Positions 17,646 to 26,562 of a DNA stretch of 28,578 nucleotides are shown piece after piece. Source of the stretch: an uncultured bacterium (GTDB lineage Bacteria; Krumholzibacteriota; Krumholzibacteriia; Krumholzibacteriales; Krumholzibacteriaceae). The stretch spans positions 1 to 28,578 of the forward strand of contig CBDUYR010000034.1 in the NCBI GenBank assembly GCA_965371515.1. The letters run 5' to 3'. The position numbers were made by a program, and so were the translations under genes. The notes under the pieces were generated by a model, which saw only the letters and a list, made by a program, of their open reading frames with translations, did no database searches and was not told the origin of the DNA. Position 1 is the stretch's first letter; every line of letters starts with the position of its first letter.

Positions 17646-18626
17646 TTACAGGATCTTTTTTATCTCCTCGGTCAGGACCGGCACGACCTCGAAGAGGTCG
17701 CCGACGATCCCGTAATGCGCCTTCTCGAATATCGGCGCGTTGGGATCCTTATTGATCGCCACGATGACCTTGGATGTCCTCATACCAGCGAGATGCTGGA
17801 TCGCGCCCGAGATCCCGCAGGCTATGTAGAGCTTGGGATTGACGACCTTGCCAGTCTGCCCCACCTGCAGGGGCTGTTCGGCAAAACCGGCGTCGACTGC
17901 CGCCCTCGACGCGCCTACCGCGCCGCCGAGCAGGTCGGCAAGATCCTCGAGGATCTTGAAGTTCGATACATCCTTCATCGCCCGGCCGCCCGATATGATC
18001 ACGTCGGCCTCGGTGACATCGGGACGTCCTCCTGCAAGGGGCACTATCTCGGTGGCGATGGCCCGGATCGCGGCCAGGTCGATCCCTGACCCGCGTGCGG
18101 CCACCTCGCCCCCATCGCCCGTTTCCTCCGCGGGAGGCATGTTGTTCGGCCTTATCGTGATGAAAACGGGACGCCCGCCCAGGGGGGCGATCTCGACGTA
18201 GAGCTTGCCCGAGTAGACCGGACGCCTCGCTATGCAGGTCCCGTCTTCGAACCCGAGCTCGATGCAGTCGCTGAACATCACGCCGTCGACCTTGGCAACA
18301 GCCCGGGCGCCGAGATCACGGCCCATGGCTGTCGCTCCGATAAGGACGTAGCCGTAATCGCCTTCCTTTACCATGTCGGCCAGTACGGTCGCATACCCCT
18401 CAGACGAGTATCTGGCGGTCGCTTCGTCGTCCACGATTGCGATCTTCCTGACGCCGAGGCCGGCGAGTTTTGCCGCTTCGGCCTCAGCTCCGGTTCCGAC
18501 GAGAAGCGCGTCGACCGACCCCCCCGTTCCGGCGGCAATGGTTTTGGCGCCGTAAACGAGCTCCTTAGCTACCTTTTTCAGTTCTCCGTCCCTTATCTCT
18601 CCGAATATCAGTATGTCGCCAGTCAT
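17646..18626 (-). CDS. etfA: Electron transfer flavoprotein alpha subunit
   Basis: Motifs GGAVGASRAAVDAG, QVGQTGK, YIACGISGAIQHLAGM and AINKDPNAPIF. I moved the start to ATG 18626 (GGAGG 8 nt upstream). Confidence 0.96.
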   Translation of the reverse strand: MTGDILIFGEIRDGELKKVAKELVYGAKTIAAGTGGSVDALLVGTGAEAEAAKLAGLGVRKIAIVDDEATARYSSEGYATVLADMVKEGDYGYVLIGATAMGRDLGARAVAKVDGVMFSDCIELGFEDGTCIARRPVYSGKLYVEIAPLGGRPVFITIRPNNMPPAEETGDGGEVAARGSGIDLAAIRAIATEIVPLAGGRPDVTEADVIISGGRAMKDVSNFKILEDLADLLGGAVGASRAAVDAGFAEQPLQVGQTGKVVNPKLYIACGISGAIQHLAGMRTSKVIVAINKDPNAPIFEKAHYGIVGDLFEVVPVLTEEIKKIL

Positions 18627-18644
18627 CACAGAATCCTCCAACGG

Positions 18645-19436
18645 TTATATGACCTTTGCCTCTTCGCGCAGCAGCCTGACGAGCTCCCTGACGGCGTCAG
18701 AAGTCTCCTCGGCCTCCACCATCCTGCACTCTCCTCCCTTGGGAAGAGGCAGCCATTTCAGGATCCTGCTCCTGCCCCCGCCGGGGACCTCGGAGAAGCC
18801 GAGATCGGCGAGGTTCTTATTTTTTATCTCTTTCTTTTTGGCCTTCATGATACCGGGCAGTGAAGCGTAGCGGGGATCGTTCAGTCCTTTGTCGCAGGAG
18901 ACGATCACGGGCAGTGACGTCTCGACCCTCTCGTCGCCTCCCTCTATCCTCCTGCCGACCGTCGCCTTCGCGGCGTCTTCGGACAGCTCGAAGGCTATGG
19001 CGACGCTTACCTGCGGGATGTCGAGCATCTCGGCCAGTATGCAGTGCACCTGGGCCATGTCGTCGTCTATCGCCTGCTTCCCGCAGAATATTATGTCGAA
19101 TCCTTCGTCGCCGATCGCCTTGGCCAGTACCGTCGCCGAAGTGAACGGCCCGGGATATGAGAGAGCATCGTCGCTAATATGCACGGCATCGTCGGCGCCC
19201 ATCGCAAGAGCGGTCCTGATCACCTCGGTGGCCTCATCAGGCCCCATGCAGACGACCGTGACCTTGCTGTCGCCGCCGACCTTCTCCTTCATCAGCAACC
19301 CTTCCTCGATGGCGTACTCATCGTAGGTATTTATGATGAACTTGATCCCGTCCTCCCTGATCCCCGTACCTTCCTGGTTGATCAGTATTTTCGCTTCCGA
19401 ATCCGGAACGCGTTTGAGCAGCACGATAATCTTCAA
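18645..19436 (-). CDS. etfB: Electron transfer flavoprotein beta subunit
   Basis: Motifs KRVPD, DEYAIEE, ALAMGAD, GKQAIDDD and PRYASLPGIMKAKKK. TTG start with AAAGGAGG RBS. Confidence 0.96.
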   Translation of the reverse strand: MKIIVLLKRVPDSEAKILINQEGTGIREDGIKFIINTYDEYAIEEGLLMKEKVGGDSKVTVVCMGPDEATEVIRTALAMGADDAVHISDDALSYPGPFTSATVLAKAIGDEGFDIIFCGKQAIDDDMAQVHCILAEMLDIPQVSVAIAFELSEDAAKATVGRRIEGGDERVETSLPVIVSCDKGLNDPRYASLPGIMKAKKKEIKNKNLADLGFSEVPGGGRSRILKWLPLPKGGECRMVEAEETSDAVRELVRLLREEAKVI

Positions 19437-19471
19437 AACGTTCCTCCTTTCACCGGTCCTGCCGCGATGCG

Positions 19472-20635
19472 TCAGGCCGGATACATCTGCTCGTATTCTT
19501 CGAGTATCTTCTTCGATATCACGATTCTCTGGATCTCGCTCGTTCCTTCGTAGATCTCCAGGACCCTCGCGTCCCTGAAGAACCTCTCTATCTTGAATTC
19601 TTCGGTGTACCCCACGCCGCCGTGGATCTGCAGGGCGTCATAGACCGCCTCGTTCGCTATCCGGCTGGCAAACAGCTTCGCCATCGACACCTCTTTCGAG
19701 CACGTCTTGCCGGCGTCGCGGAGCCTTGCAGCTCTGTACACGAGAAGGCGCGCCGCCTCGAGGTTCGTCGCGATGTCGGCGATCTTCCAGCGGATCGCCT
19801 GGAAATCGACTATTTTCTTCCCGAACTGCTGCCGCTCCCTCGCAAAGAGCACAGCCTCGTCGAGGGCGGTCTGGGCGATCCCCAGAGCCTGGGCGGCTAT
19901 CCCGATCCTTCCCCCGTCGAGCGACCCCAGGGCGATCTTCATCCCCTGACTCTCCTTGCCTATCACGTTGGATGCCGGCACCCGGCAGTCCTCGAATACA
20001 AGCTCGACCGTTGTGGAGGCCTTCATTCCCATCTTGTGTTCGACTTTGCCGATCGAAAAACCGGGGAAATCCGGTTCGACGGCGAAGGCTGTCAGGCCGC
20101 GGGTCCTCTTCTCCGGATCGGTACAGGCAATGACAATGATAACGCCGGCCTTATCTCCCGTCGAAATGAGTATCTTCGAGCCGTTGAGGATATATTCGTC
20201 CCCGTCACGCACGACGGACATCCTGATCGCCGCGACATCGCTCCCCGCGTTCGGTTCGGTCAGGGCGTAGGCGCCAATCGCCTCGCCCGAAGTCATCCGG
20301 GGGAGGTACTTCGCCTTCAGGCCGTCGCTTCCCCACTTGTATATGATGTGATTGGCGAGCGAGTTGTGGACCGAGACGGCGATCGCGGTCGAGGGACATA
20401 CCCTGCTTATCTCTTCGAGGGCCAGAACGAGGCAGAGATTGCCGAAGCCCACTCCGCCGTACTCCTCGGGTATCGTCATCCCCATGAAGCCGAGCTCGGA
20501 GAGCTTCCGGTAGATCTTATCCTGGAACACCCCGTCCCTGTTGGACTCCTTGACGACCGCCGCGATGTCTTTGCGGGCAAAATCGCGCGCCGTCTTCTGG
20601 ATCATCCGTTCTTCTTCAGTGAGCTGAATGCACAT
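19472..20635 (-). CDS. Acyl-CoA dehydrogenase (short/branched-chain, Bcd-like)
   Basis: Motifs ALTEPNAGSD, LNGSK, KMGMKAS, LDGGRIGIAAQALG, RQQFG, QIHGGVGY and IYEGTSEIQR. The likely start is ATG 20635 (MCIQLTEEE). Confidence 0.95.
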   Translation of the reverse strand: MCIQLTEEERMIQKTARDFARKDIAAVVKESNRDGVFQDKIYRKLSELGFMGMTIPEEYGGVGFGNLCLVLALEEISRVCPSTAIAVSVHNSLANHIIYKWGSDGLKAKYLPRMTSGEAIGAYALTEPNAGSDVAAIRMSVVRDGDEYILNGSKILISTGDKAGVIIVIACTDPEKRTRGLTAFAVEPDFPGFSIGKVEHKMGMKASTTVELVFEDCRVPASNVIGKESQGMKIALGSLDGGRIGIAAQALGIAQTALDEAVLFARERQQFGKKIVDFQAIRWKIADIATNLEAARLLVYRAARLRDAGKTCSKEVSMAKLFASRIANEAVYDALQIHGGVGYTEEFKIERFFRDARVLEIYEGTSEIQRIVISKKILEEYEQMYPA

Positions 20636-20700
20636 ACTCTTTCCCTGTAAAATTGTCGTGTACGATTGCGGGCGCAATTCCCCCGCGTACGAGAGGATAG

Positions 20701-20730
20701 AAGATACTATAGCCAGCGCACCGGTGTCAA
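20701..20730 (-). promoter_or_regulatory. Candidate sigma70 promoter of the acd-etfBA-FeS operon
   Basis: TTGACA (20730-20725), 18-nt spacer, TATCTT (20706-20701). Confidence 0.5.
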
Positions 20731-20858
20731 TCATTCATGAACCGGCCCCCGGCGGCCGGGATGCCTTATAAATCCCCGCCCTCCGGGTATTTACGGGTTG
20801 CCATCGGAGGCTCGATGACATATAAATACCTCTCTGGAATCATACAACAGAAGGGGGC

Positions 20859-21287
20859 ATGCCCGTGTGGGGTCGTAACAGAAAAAAAAAGAAGAAAAAG
20901 GCGAAAGAGCACTCACAGGACAAGCTGGTGGAAAAGAAGCCGGACAACCAGTGCGACGACTGCATCCCCGCGAAGTGCTGCATGTACTTCTCCGTCGAAA
21001 TCGACGAACCGGAGGACATGGGCGACTGGAACGACATGCTGTGGATCCTCGCCCACAGGGACGCCGAGATCTACATGGACGACGACCGCTGGTACGTCCT
21101 TGTCAATAATCCGTGCAGGTTCTACGATCCGGTCAAGAAATGTCTCATCTATACGAGGCGCCCCAGGATATGTCTTGGGCATACCTGGGACGACTGCGAG
21201 TTCAGGGACGATTACAACTTCGATCTCCATTTCCACAGTTACGAGGATCTGGAACGGTATATAAGAAACAATGTCGAGGAGGAATGA
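20859..21287 (+). CDS. YkgJ-family (CxxCxxCC) cysteine-cluster protein
   Basis: CDDCIPAKCC, PCRFYD and CLIYTRRPRIC motifs. Confidence 0.85.
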   Translation: MPVWGRNRKKKKKKAKEHSQDKLVEKKPDNQCDDCIPAKCCMYFSVEIDEPEDMGDWNDMLWILAHRDAEIYMDDDRWYVLVNNPCRFYDPVKKCLIYTRRPRICLGHTWDDCEFRDDYNFDLHFHSYEDLERYIRNNVEEE

Positions 21288-21317
21288 TTTCCTCCTCTGG
21301 ATGCGCATGCCATAAAT

Positions 21318-21347
21318 AAGGGGCGGCGCAAAAGCGTCGCCCCTTTT
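21318..21347. terminator. Probably bidirectional intrinsic terminator
   Basis: AAGGGGCGGCGC-AAAA-GCGTCGCCCCTTTT between convergent genes. Confidence 0.8.
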
Positions 21348-21380
21348 CAGTTAATCCTATTTGCTCAAAAGAGAGACGTA

Positions 21381-24300
21381 TTATCTCAGCAGGATCATCT
21401 TCTTTACCGACTTGTATCCACCCGAGGCAAACTTCGTGAAGTAGACGCCGCTGGCGACCCGGCCCCCACGGTTGTTCCTGCCATCCCAGCTCACCTCATG
21501 CCTGCCGCCCGTCACGGGGCCGTTCACAAGCGATTTCACCAGGGCTCCGCGGAGGTCGTAGACGTTGAGAGCCACGTTCTGCTTTGCTCCCGAGTCTCCA
21601 GGCACTGTGAACGCTATCGTGGTGCTCGGGTTAAACGGGTTGGGATGGTTCTGATAGAGCTTCGCGCTGGCTACCGGTATCTCGATCGACTCGGTCTCGA
21701 CCGAAGCGCCTCCTCCAGCGACCTCGAGCCGATACTTGTATATCAGGCCCTCTTCGACCATCCTGTCTGTGAACGATACCGTGCCACTCTCCTCTGTCCT
21801 CAGAGCCGCGGCGATCAGTTCGTAGTCACCGTCGCCTGTCTGCCTGAAGAGATCCCATTCCTCGATCTCGCCTGACACTGCCCAGGTCAGCGTGAGGTAG
21901 CCCTCACCGATCTCGTACATCCAGGCCGTCACAGCCGCATCGGTTTGCGTTACCAGCTCCTTCCAGCCGCTGTTGAACTGGTTCCCGTGGAATCCGTTCC
22001 ACTGAGCATAGCCGCTATAGGTCTGCGCATCGAGGTCCCATACGTAAACGTTATGGTCCCAGCAGGAGGCGATCAGCTCGACGTCTCCGTCTAAATCGAG
22101 ATCCCACACCATTGGTGTCCCTCGAACGAATCCCTTGAGCTGGATGGGAAAACCGGGAATCTCGTTCCCGTCGACATCCCATGCGTTCAACCGTCCTTCC
22201 TCACAGCCAAGGATGATATCCAGACTGCCGTCCCCATTGATGTCGGCGATGACCGGCGACGATTCGGTCGGGCCGCTCAAGGAGTACGTCTTGGGCCATC
22301 CGGGCATCGTGGAGCCGTCATACCTGAAGAAGTGGCACAGGCTGTTCATGCCCGGTATAACGACCTCGAGCCGCCCGTCGCCGGTGAAATCGGCAAGCGC
22401 TGCCGAGCCGGCGAAGAACCTGCTGCCGTTGACCCATCTCGGCCAGCCGGGCATCGGTGTCCCGTCGTGGTTGAGGCCCAGCACCCTCGAGGACGAGTTC
22501 TGTATTATGACCTCGGGGAATGTGTCTCCATCGATATCGCCGACAACAGGGCTGGCCCCTACATTGGCGCCTTCATCGCCGATATGAACGGGCCATCCAG
22601 CCACCGACGAACCGTTGGAATTGAGGACATATATGTAATCTGACGGCGCCGCCACTATTAGCTCTACTATGCCGTCGTTGTCCATGTCGGCCAGTGCCGG
22701 TGTCGAGACATGCCATCCGTCCGCCGGCAGTCCGGCAGCGAAGAAGGGCCCGTCCGTAGCCGGATTGTTGTCTCCGTCCTTCAGCTCGGTCCCGTCGTGG
22801 TGCCAGACGTATACCGTGCCGCTGACGTCGTACGCTATGACCTCACTGTCGCCATCCCCGTCGAAATCCCCGATGACCGGGCTCGCCCAGCAGAGGTTGC
22901 TGGTCGTCTTCGGCCATCCGGGCAATGTGCTGCCGTCATGTGTGAAGACGTAGATCTCCTTTGTCTCCCAGGAGGCTCCCACGATCTCGGACCCGGGAAC
23001 GACGTCGAGGTCCCCGAGGGCAACGGAAGCGGTGTAGTTGTCGCCTTCCGTGCTGAAGATACCCCATGTCAGGGCCTGGTTGTCTCCGTCGCGCAGCTCG
23101 ATCCCGTTTCCGTCCCAGGCGTACACGTACTCTGCCCCGATGATTACATCTGCATGCATGTCACCGTCGACGTCGGCGATTTTCGGGCTCGATGCCGATT
23201 CTTTGCCAACGTGGTTGGGCCAGCCGGTCATCTGGGGCGGGTTCGTCGTAACGGTGGCTTCATCGCTCGGATCGCCGATGTTGCCGCACGAGTCGATCGT
23301 AGCTATCACATAGTAATACCGCGTGCTCGCCTGAAGATCGCGGTCTCGATACAGGGTGTGAAGAACGGGATCGGTGTTTGCCTGATCGAACGGCCCTCCC
23401 TGCTGCATCGATTGGTAGACCAGATATTTGTAGGCCTCGAGCGAATCGGCTCGCTGCCAGGTGATATGTATCTGGTCCGGGGCAAGACTGGCGTCGAGAG
23501 TGATCGAATGCGGCGCTCCGGGGGGCCTCAGTTCCATCCTTTTCACGAACGTTCGCCCGTAGAGATCGGCCATAAAGAATGTGAAGTGATTCGCCACACT
23601 TACATCCGCCTCGGAGAGAATGAATCCATCTCCGTAGCCAATTTCGAGAAGACCCAGATCGCTGTAGTTCGCGACATCGTCGGTCGCGGTGATGCCTGGA
23701 TCCGCGGGGATTACCCTGCCCTCGAGCCCGACCGCCGCTCCCGATCCATAGTTCTTGACGCCGACCCTGAGCAGGAAATCTTCGCCGTTGACGATCACTC
23801 CGTCTCCGTTACCGATCGGCATGCTGTCGGTCACCATGTTTACGAACAGTTCCAACCGCGGGGCGTGGACATCCATGGCAAACTGCTCGGACCAGTATCC
23901 GCCGCCCGAGTCATATATCTCGACAAGGAATTCGACAGAAGTCTCGTCCGGGACATCCGAATCGACTGCGAACTCGAATGCGCTTAGATTATACGCCGAA
24001 CCTCCGATGGGGATATCGGGATAGAGAGCAACGTCCTCGATCATCGTGACATCGGCCGGACCGCTCCCGGAACGCAGCGCGGTGACTTCCGCCCAGAGCC
24101 CCTCCCCTCCCGTCTGGCCGGTGCTCAAAAGTTTGATCCAGAGCGTAACAGCCTCTCCGGAGTCGAGAACGCCGTCTCCGTTTCCGCCAGCGGTATCGTT
24201 TATAGTCGTCTCGCTGACCCGCATATAGGTCCCTGCCTCGGGAGCTACCGAGATCTCGGCAGTAGCCCTGCAGTGATCAACGCCGGTAACGGTAACAGTC

Positions 24301-26369
24301 ACGACGCCCGAATCCCTCACGAGGAAATCGTCGAACGTAATCTGGCCGCTCTCGTTGGTATACCCGTGAACGTAATCGTCGTTGTCCTTGTAGAGACAGA
24401 CATAGGCTGAATCGGCGGAAAACCCGCCGCTGGTCACCTCGATCGTCACCGTGTTATATCCGTACGGCAGGGTCCCGGGAGCCGTGATCACATATGTGCC
24501 GGCCTCTCCTCTGAACATGTTGCATTCGGGATCACCGAGATAATTGTAGATGAAATGCGTCCATCTGTCCGCCGTCTCTCCAGAGGCATAGCTGGTGAAG
24601 GGCTCTCGAGACTTCGTATACAACTTGCCTAGCTGGACGACGCCTTCGGCAAACAGCAGGTTGTAGTACTCGTCCATATACGGACTCGAGGCGCTCGGAA
24701 ATGCCGAGCGGCTCGCGCCTGTAACGGCAAAGGCTCCGCCTTTCGGATTGAGCATGAAATACTCGGCGAGACAGTCTGTATCGAAAGCCACATTCGTGCA
24801 GTTCATCAGGTACATCGAGAACGTTTCGTCGCCGTTTGTCAGCTTGGCAGCATCGTAGTTGATGATGCTGCCGTCTCCGACAGACATGTTGTACTTGTAT
24901 CCGTGGCCCGCATGGATGACGTGATTCGATCCGAGGTTCATCGCTGCTGTCGACGAGACAACGGTAAGATCCGCCGACCCGGCATATGCGGGATAGTTCT
25001 CATAGAGGCGGGTGGTAGTGACGGCGGGATTGCCCGCCAGGTATCCGTCGTATATCGCCTGCAGGATCTCCGCTCCGTCGAGGACGATCTGGTCGCCCGG
25101 TTCGTAGTCTGACGGGAATATCACCTCTCCGAGAAAGAGGAAATCCTCCTTGTAAACTGTATCCGCCGGTTCCTCGTAGGCGATAGTCTTGTCGATCAGT
25201 ATGCGTGCTTCGTCTACGGTGGAGGCGGGAAACCTTCCGACGTAGACCTCCGCGAAAAGATCGGCGTCGTCGCCCGTGTCGGTTACCGAATGGAACGCTT
25301 CGCCCCAGAGCGAATCGCCGTCGGCGTTCCACGTACCATCGAGGCACGAGAAGTACATATCTGTCGGTATGAATTCACCGGTATAGAATGTCGTGTAGGC
25401 ATAGCGCTCGGAAATGACGTCGGTATCGCCTCCGAGAAGGACGTATTCGACTCCCCATTTCTCGTACGCTTCCCTGATAAAGTTCCTGACCGATTCGGCC
25501 TGGTCAGCTCCGCTCCAATAGTTCTGCTCGATCCATCCGATCGTCCGGACCACCGCGGGAACGCCCTTGAGAGTCTTCCAGTCCGCCAGGCGCTGGAATT
25601 CGGCTTCCAACGCACCACTGGTGATGATGAGGTAATTTACCGCACTGCCCTCGAGGCCGGGCAGGTAGGCGGGCATGAATCCCCTGTCGCCATCGTCCAC
25701 GACGATATCATCGAACATGTACGTACCGGAAGCGAACGGGTTCTCGACGATCTTCCTGACTTCTTTCTCAGCCCTTTCCCGGAAGCCGTCGACGTGACGC
25801 TGCCGCGTAGCGACGATCTTCTCGCCTTCGGCGAGCGTGGTCTCCACGATGAGGGTCATATCCTCATCTACCGTGAGCCTGCCGGAATCGAGGTCGTACC
25901 TGACCGGATAGACCTCGAATGTGGCTATCCTGTATCCCTTCCACTGAGACGTACCGGTGTGCCTTACCTGCCATGCGGGGAAGACCGAGCCACCGCCCGT
26001 CGCCTCGTCCATTGCGAGGCTCACGCCCCGGACGGTTCCGTCGTCGAGCATCATCCCCTCGAATCTGGCGAGTTCGACCGAGCCGGACAGTTCGACCGTG
26101 CGGGCATCGACCAGGCGGAAAGAGACCACGTCCTCACCCTTGGGAATAAGAACGCTCAGCGACATGAAAGGCAGCGAGGGGAATTCGAAATAGTTTGTTC
26201 CGTTCATCCCGTCGGCCGAAACGATCGACCCGCCCCTGCCGTTATCGATTACTCTGACGGCGGACGCGTCGACATCGATCCTGACGGAAACAGTAGCCGC
26301 CGAAATGCCGCCAGCGAGCAGCGCCGGGATGGCGACAATGACAATAATCGCGGACATTATCCGACCCAT
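21381..26369 (-). CDS. Secreted C25 (gingipain-like) cysteine peptidase with Ig/FN3-like domains, FG-GAP repeats and a C-terminal FlgD-Ig/T9SS-like sorting domain
   Basis: Signal peptide and propeptide region. C25 motifs YVLLGGD, YVGRFP, HAGHG and MNCT. Eight DxDGDG-like repeats. Tail KLYQNHPNPFNPSTTIAF...WDGRN...ASGVYF...KKMILLR. I moved the start to ATG 26369 (AGGAGG 7 nt upstream). Confidence 0.9.
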   Translation of the reverse strand: MGRIMSAIIVIVAIPALLAGGISAATVSVRIDVDASAVRVIDNGRGGSIVSADGMNGTNYFEFPSLPFMSLSVLIPKGEDVVSFRLVDARTVELSGSVELARFEGMMLDDGTVRGVSLAMDEATGGGSVFPAWQVRHTGTSQWKGYRIATFEVYPVRYDLDSGRLTVDEDMTLIVETTLAEGEKIVATRQRHVDGFRERAEKEVRKIVENPFASGTYMFDDIVVDDGDRGFMPAYLPGLEGSAVNYLIITSGALEAEFQRLADWKTLKGVPAVVRTIGWIEQNYWSGADQAESVRNFIREAYEKWGVEYVLLGGDTDVISERYAYTTFYTGEFIPTDMYFSCLDGTWNADGDSLWGEAFHSVTDTGDDADLFAEVYVGRFPASTVDEARILIDKTIAYEEPADTVYKEDFLFLGEVIFPSDYEPGDQIVLDGAEILQAIYDGYLAGNPAVTTTRLYENYPAYAGSADLTVVSSTAAMNLGSNHVIHAGHGYKYNMSVGDGSIINYDAAKLTNGDETFSMYLMNCTNVAFDTDCLAEYFMLNPKGGAFAVTGASRSAFPSASSPYMDEYYNLLFAEGVVQLGKLYTKSREPFTSYASGETADRWTHFIYNYLGDPECNMFRGEAGTYVITAPGTLPYGYNTVTIEVTSGGFSADSAYVCLYKDNDDYVHGYTNESGQITFDDFLVRDSGVVTVTVTGVDHCRATAEISVAPEAGTYMRVSETTINDTAGGNGDGVLDSGEAVTLWIKLLSTGQTGGEGLWAEVTALRSGSGPADVTMIEDVALYPDIPIGGSAYNLSAFEFAVDSDVPDETSVEFLVEIYDSGGGYWSEQFAMDVHAPRLELFVNMVTDSMPIGNGDGVIVNGEDFLLRVGVKNYGSGAAVGLEGRVIPADPGITATDDVANYSDLGLLEIGYGDGFILSEADVSVANHFTFFMADLYGRTFVKRMELRPPGAPHSITLDASLAPDQIHITWQRADSLEAYKYLVYQSMQQGGPFDQANTDPVLHTLYRDRDLQASTRYYYVIATIDSCGNIGDPSDEATVTTNPPQMTGWPNHVGKESASSPKIADVDGDMHADVIIGAEYVYAWDGNGIELRDGDNQALTWGIFSTEGDNYTASVALGDLDVVPGSEIVGASWETKEIYVFTHDGSTLPGWPKTTSNLCWASPVIGDFDGDGDSEVIAYDVSGTVYVWHHDGTELKDGDNNPATDGPFFAAGLPADGWHVSTPALADMDNDGIVELIVAAPSDYIYVLNSNGSSVAGWPVHIGDEGANVGASPVVGDIDGDTFPEVIIQNSSSRVLGLNHDGTPMPGWPRWVNGSRFFAGSAALADFTGDGRLEVVIPGMNSLCHFFRYDGSTMPGWPKTYSLSGPTESSPVIADINGDGSLDIILGCEEGRLNAWDVDGNEIPGFPIQLKGFVRGTPMVWDLDLDGDVELIASCWDHNVYVWDLDAQTYSGYAQWNGFHGNQFNSGWKELVTQTDAAVTAWMYEIGEGYLTLTWAVSGEIEEWDLFRQTGDGDYELIAAALRTEESGTVSFTDRMVEEGLIYKYRLEVAGGGASVETESIEIPVASAKLYQNHPNPFNPSTTIAFTVPGDSGAKQNVALNVYDLRGALVKSLVNGPVTGGRHEVSWDGRNNRGGRVASGVYFTKFASGGYKSVKKMILLR

Positions 26370-26491
26370 CAACGAACCTCCTGAAGGCATGGAGATTTCA
26401 GTTCTTCCTTTTACCTGGTCTTAACAACAATAGCGGTAAGTCTCTAAGCTGTGACTCCTTGAAGATGTCATTCCTGAGGAATTGTAACTGT

Positions 26492-26520
26492 ATTGTACAC
26501 TATTCGTAAGTCTTTGTCAA
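26492..26520 (-). promoter_or_regulatory. sigma70-type promoter of the C25 protease gene
   Basis: TTGACA (26520-26515), 17-nt spacer, TACAAT (26497-26492). Confidence 0.75.
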
Positions 26521-26562
26521 GTAAGAGATTTATGAGATATATCCAACGAACCGAGTATATTG

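Noticed and set aside
20636..20734. N-terminal extensions in the ORF track (acd to 20734; also yhaM to 6412, TPR from 8491, etfA to 18641, C25 to 26390, metalloprotease to 28437)
   Set aside because: Downstream starts have better RBS spacing or put the signal peptide or family N-terminus first. The acd extension also overlaps its predicted promoter.
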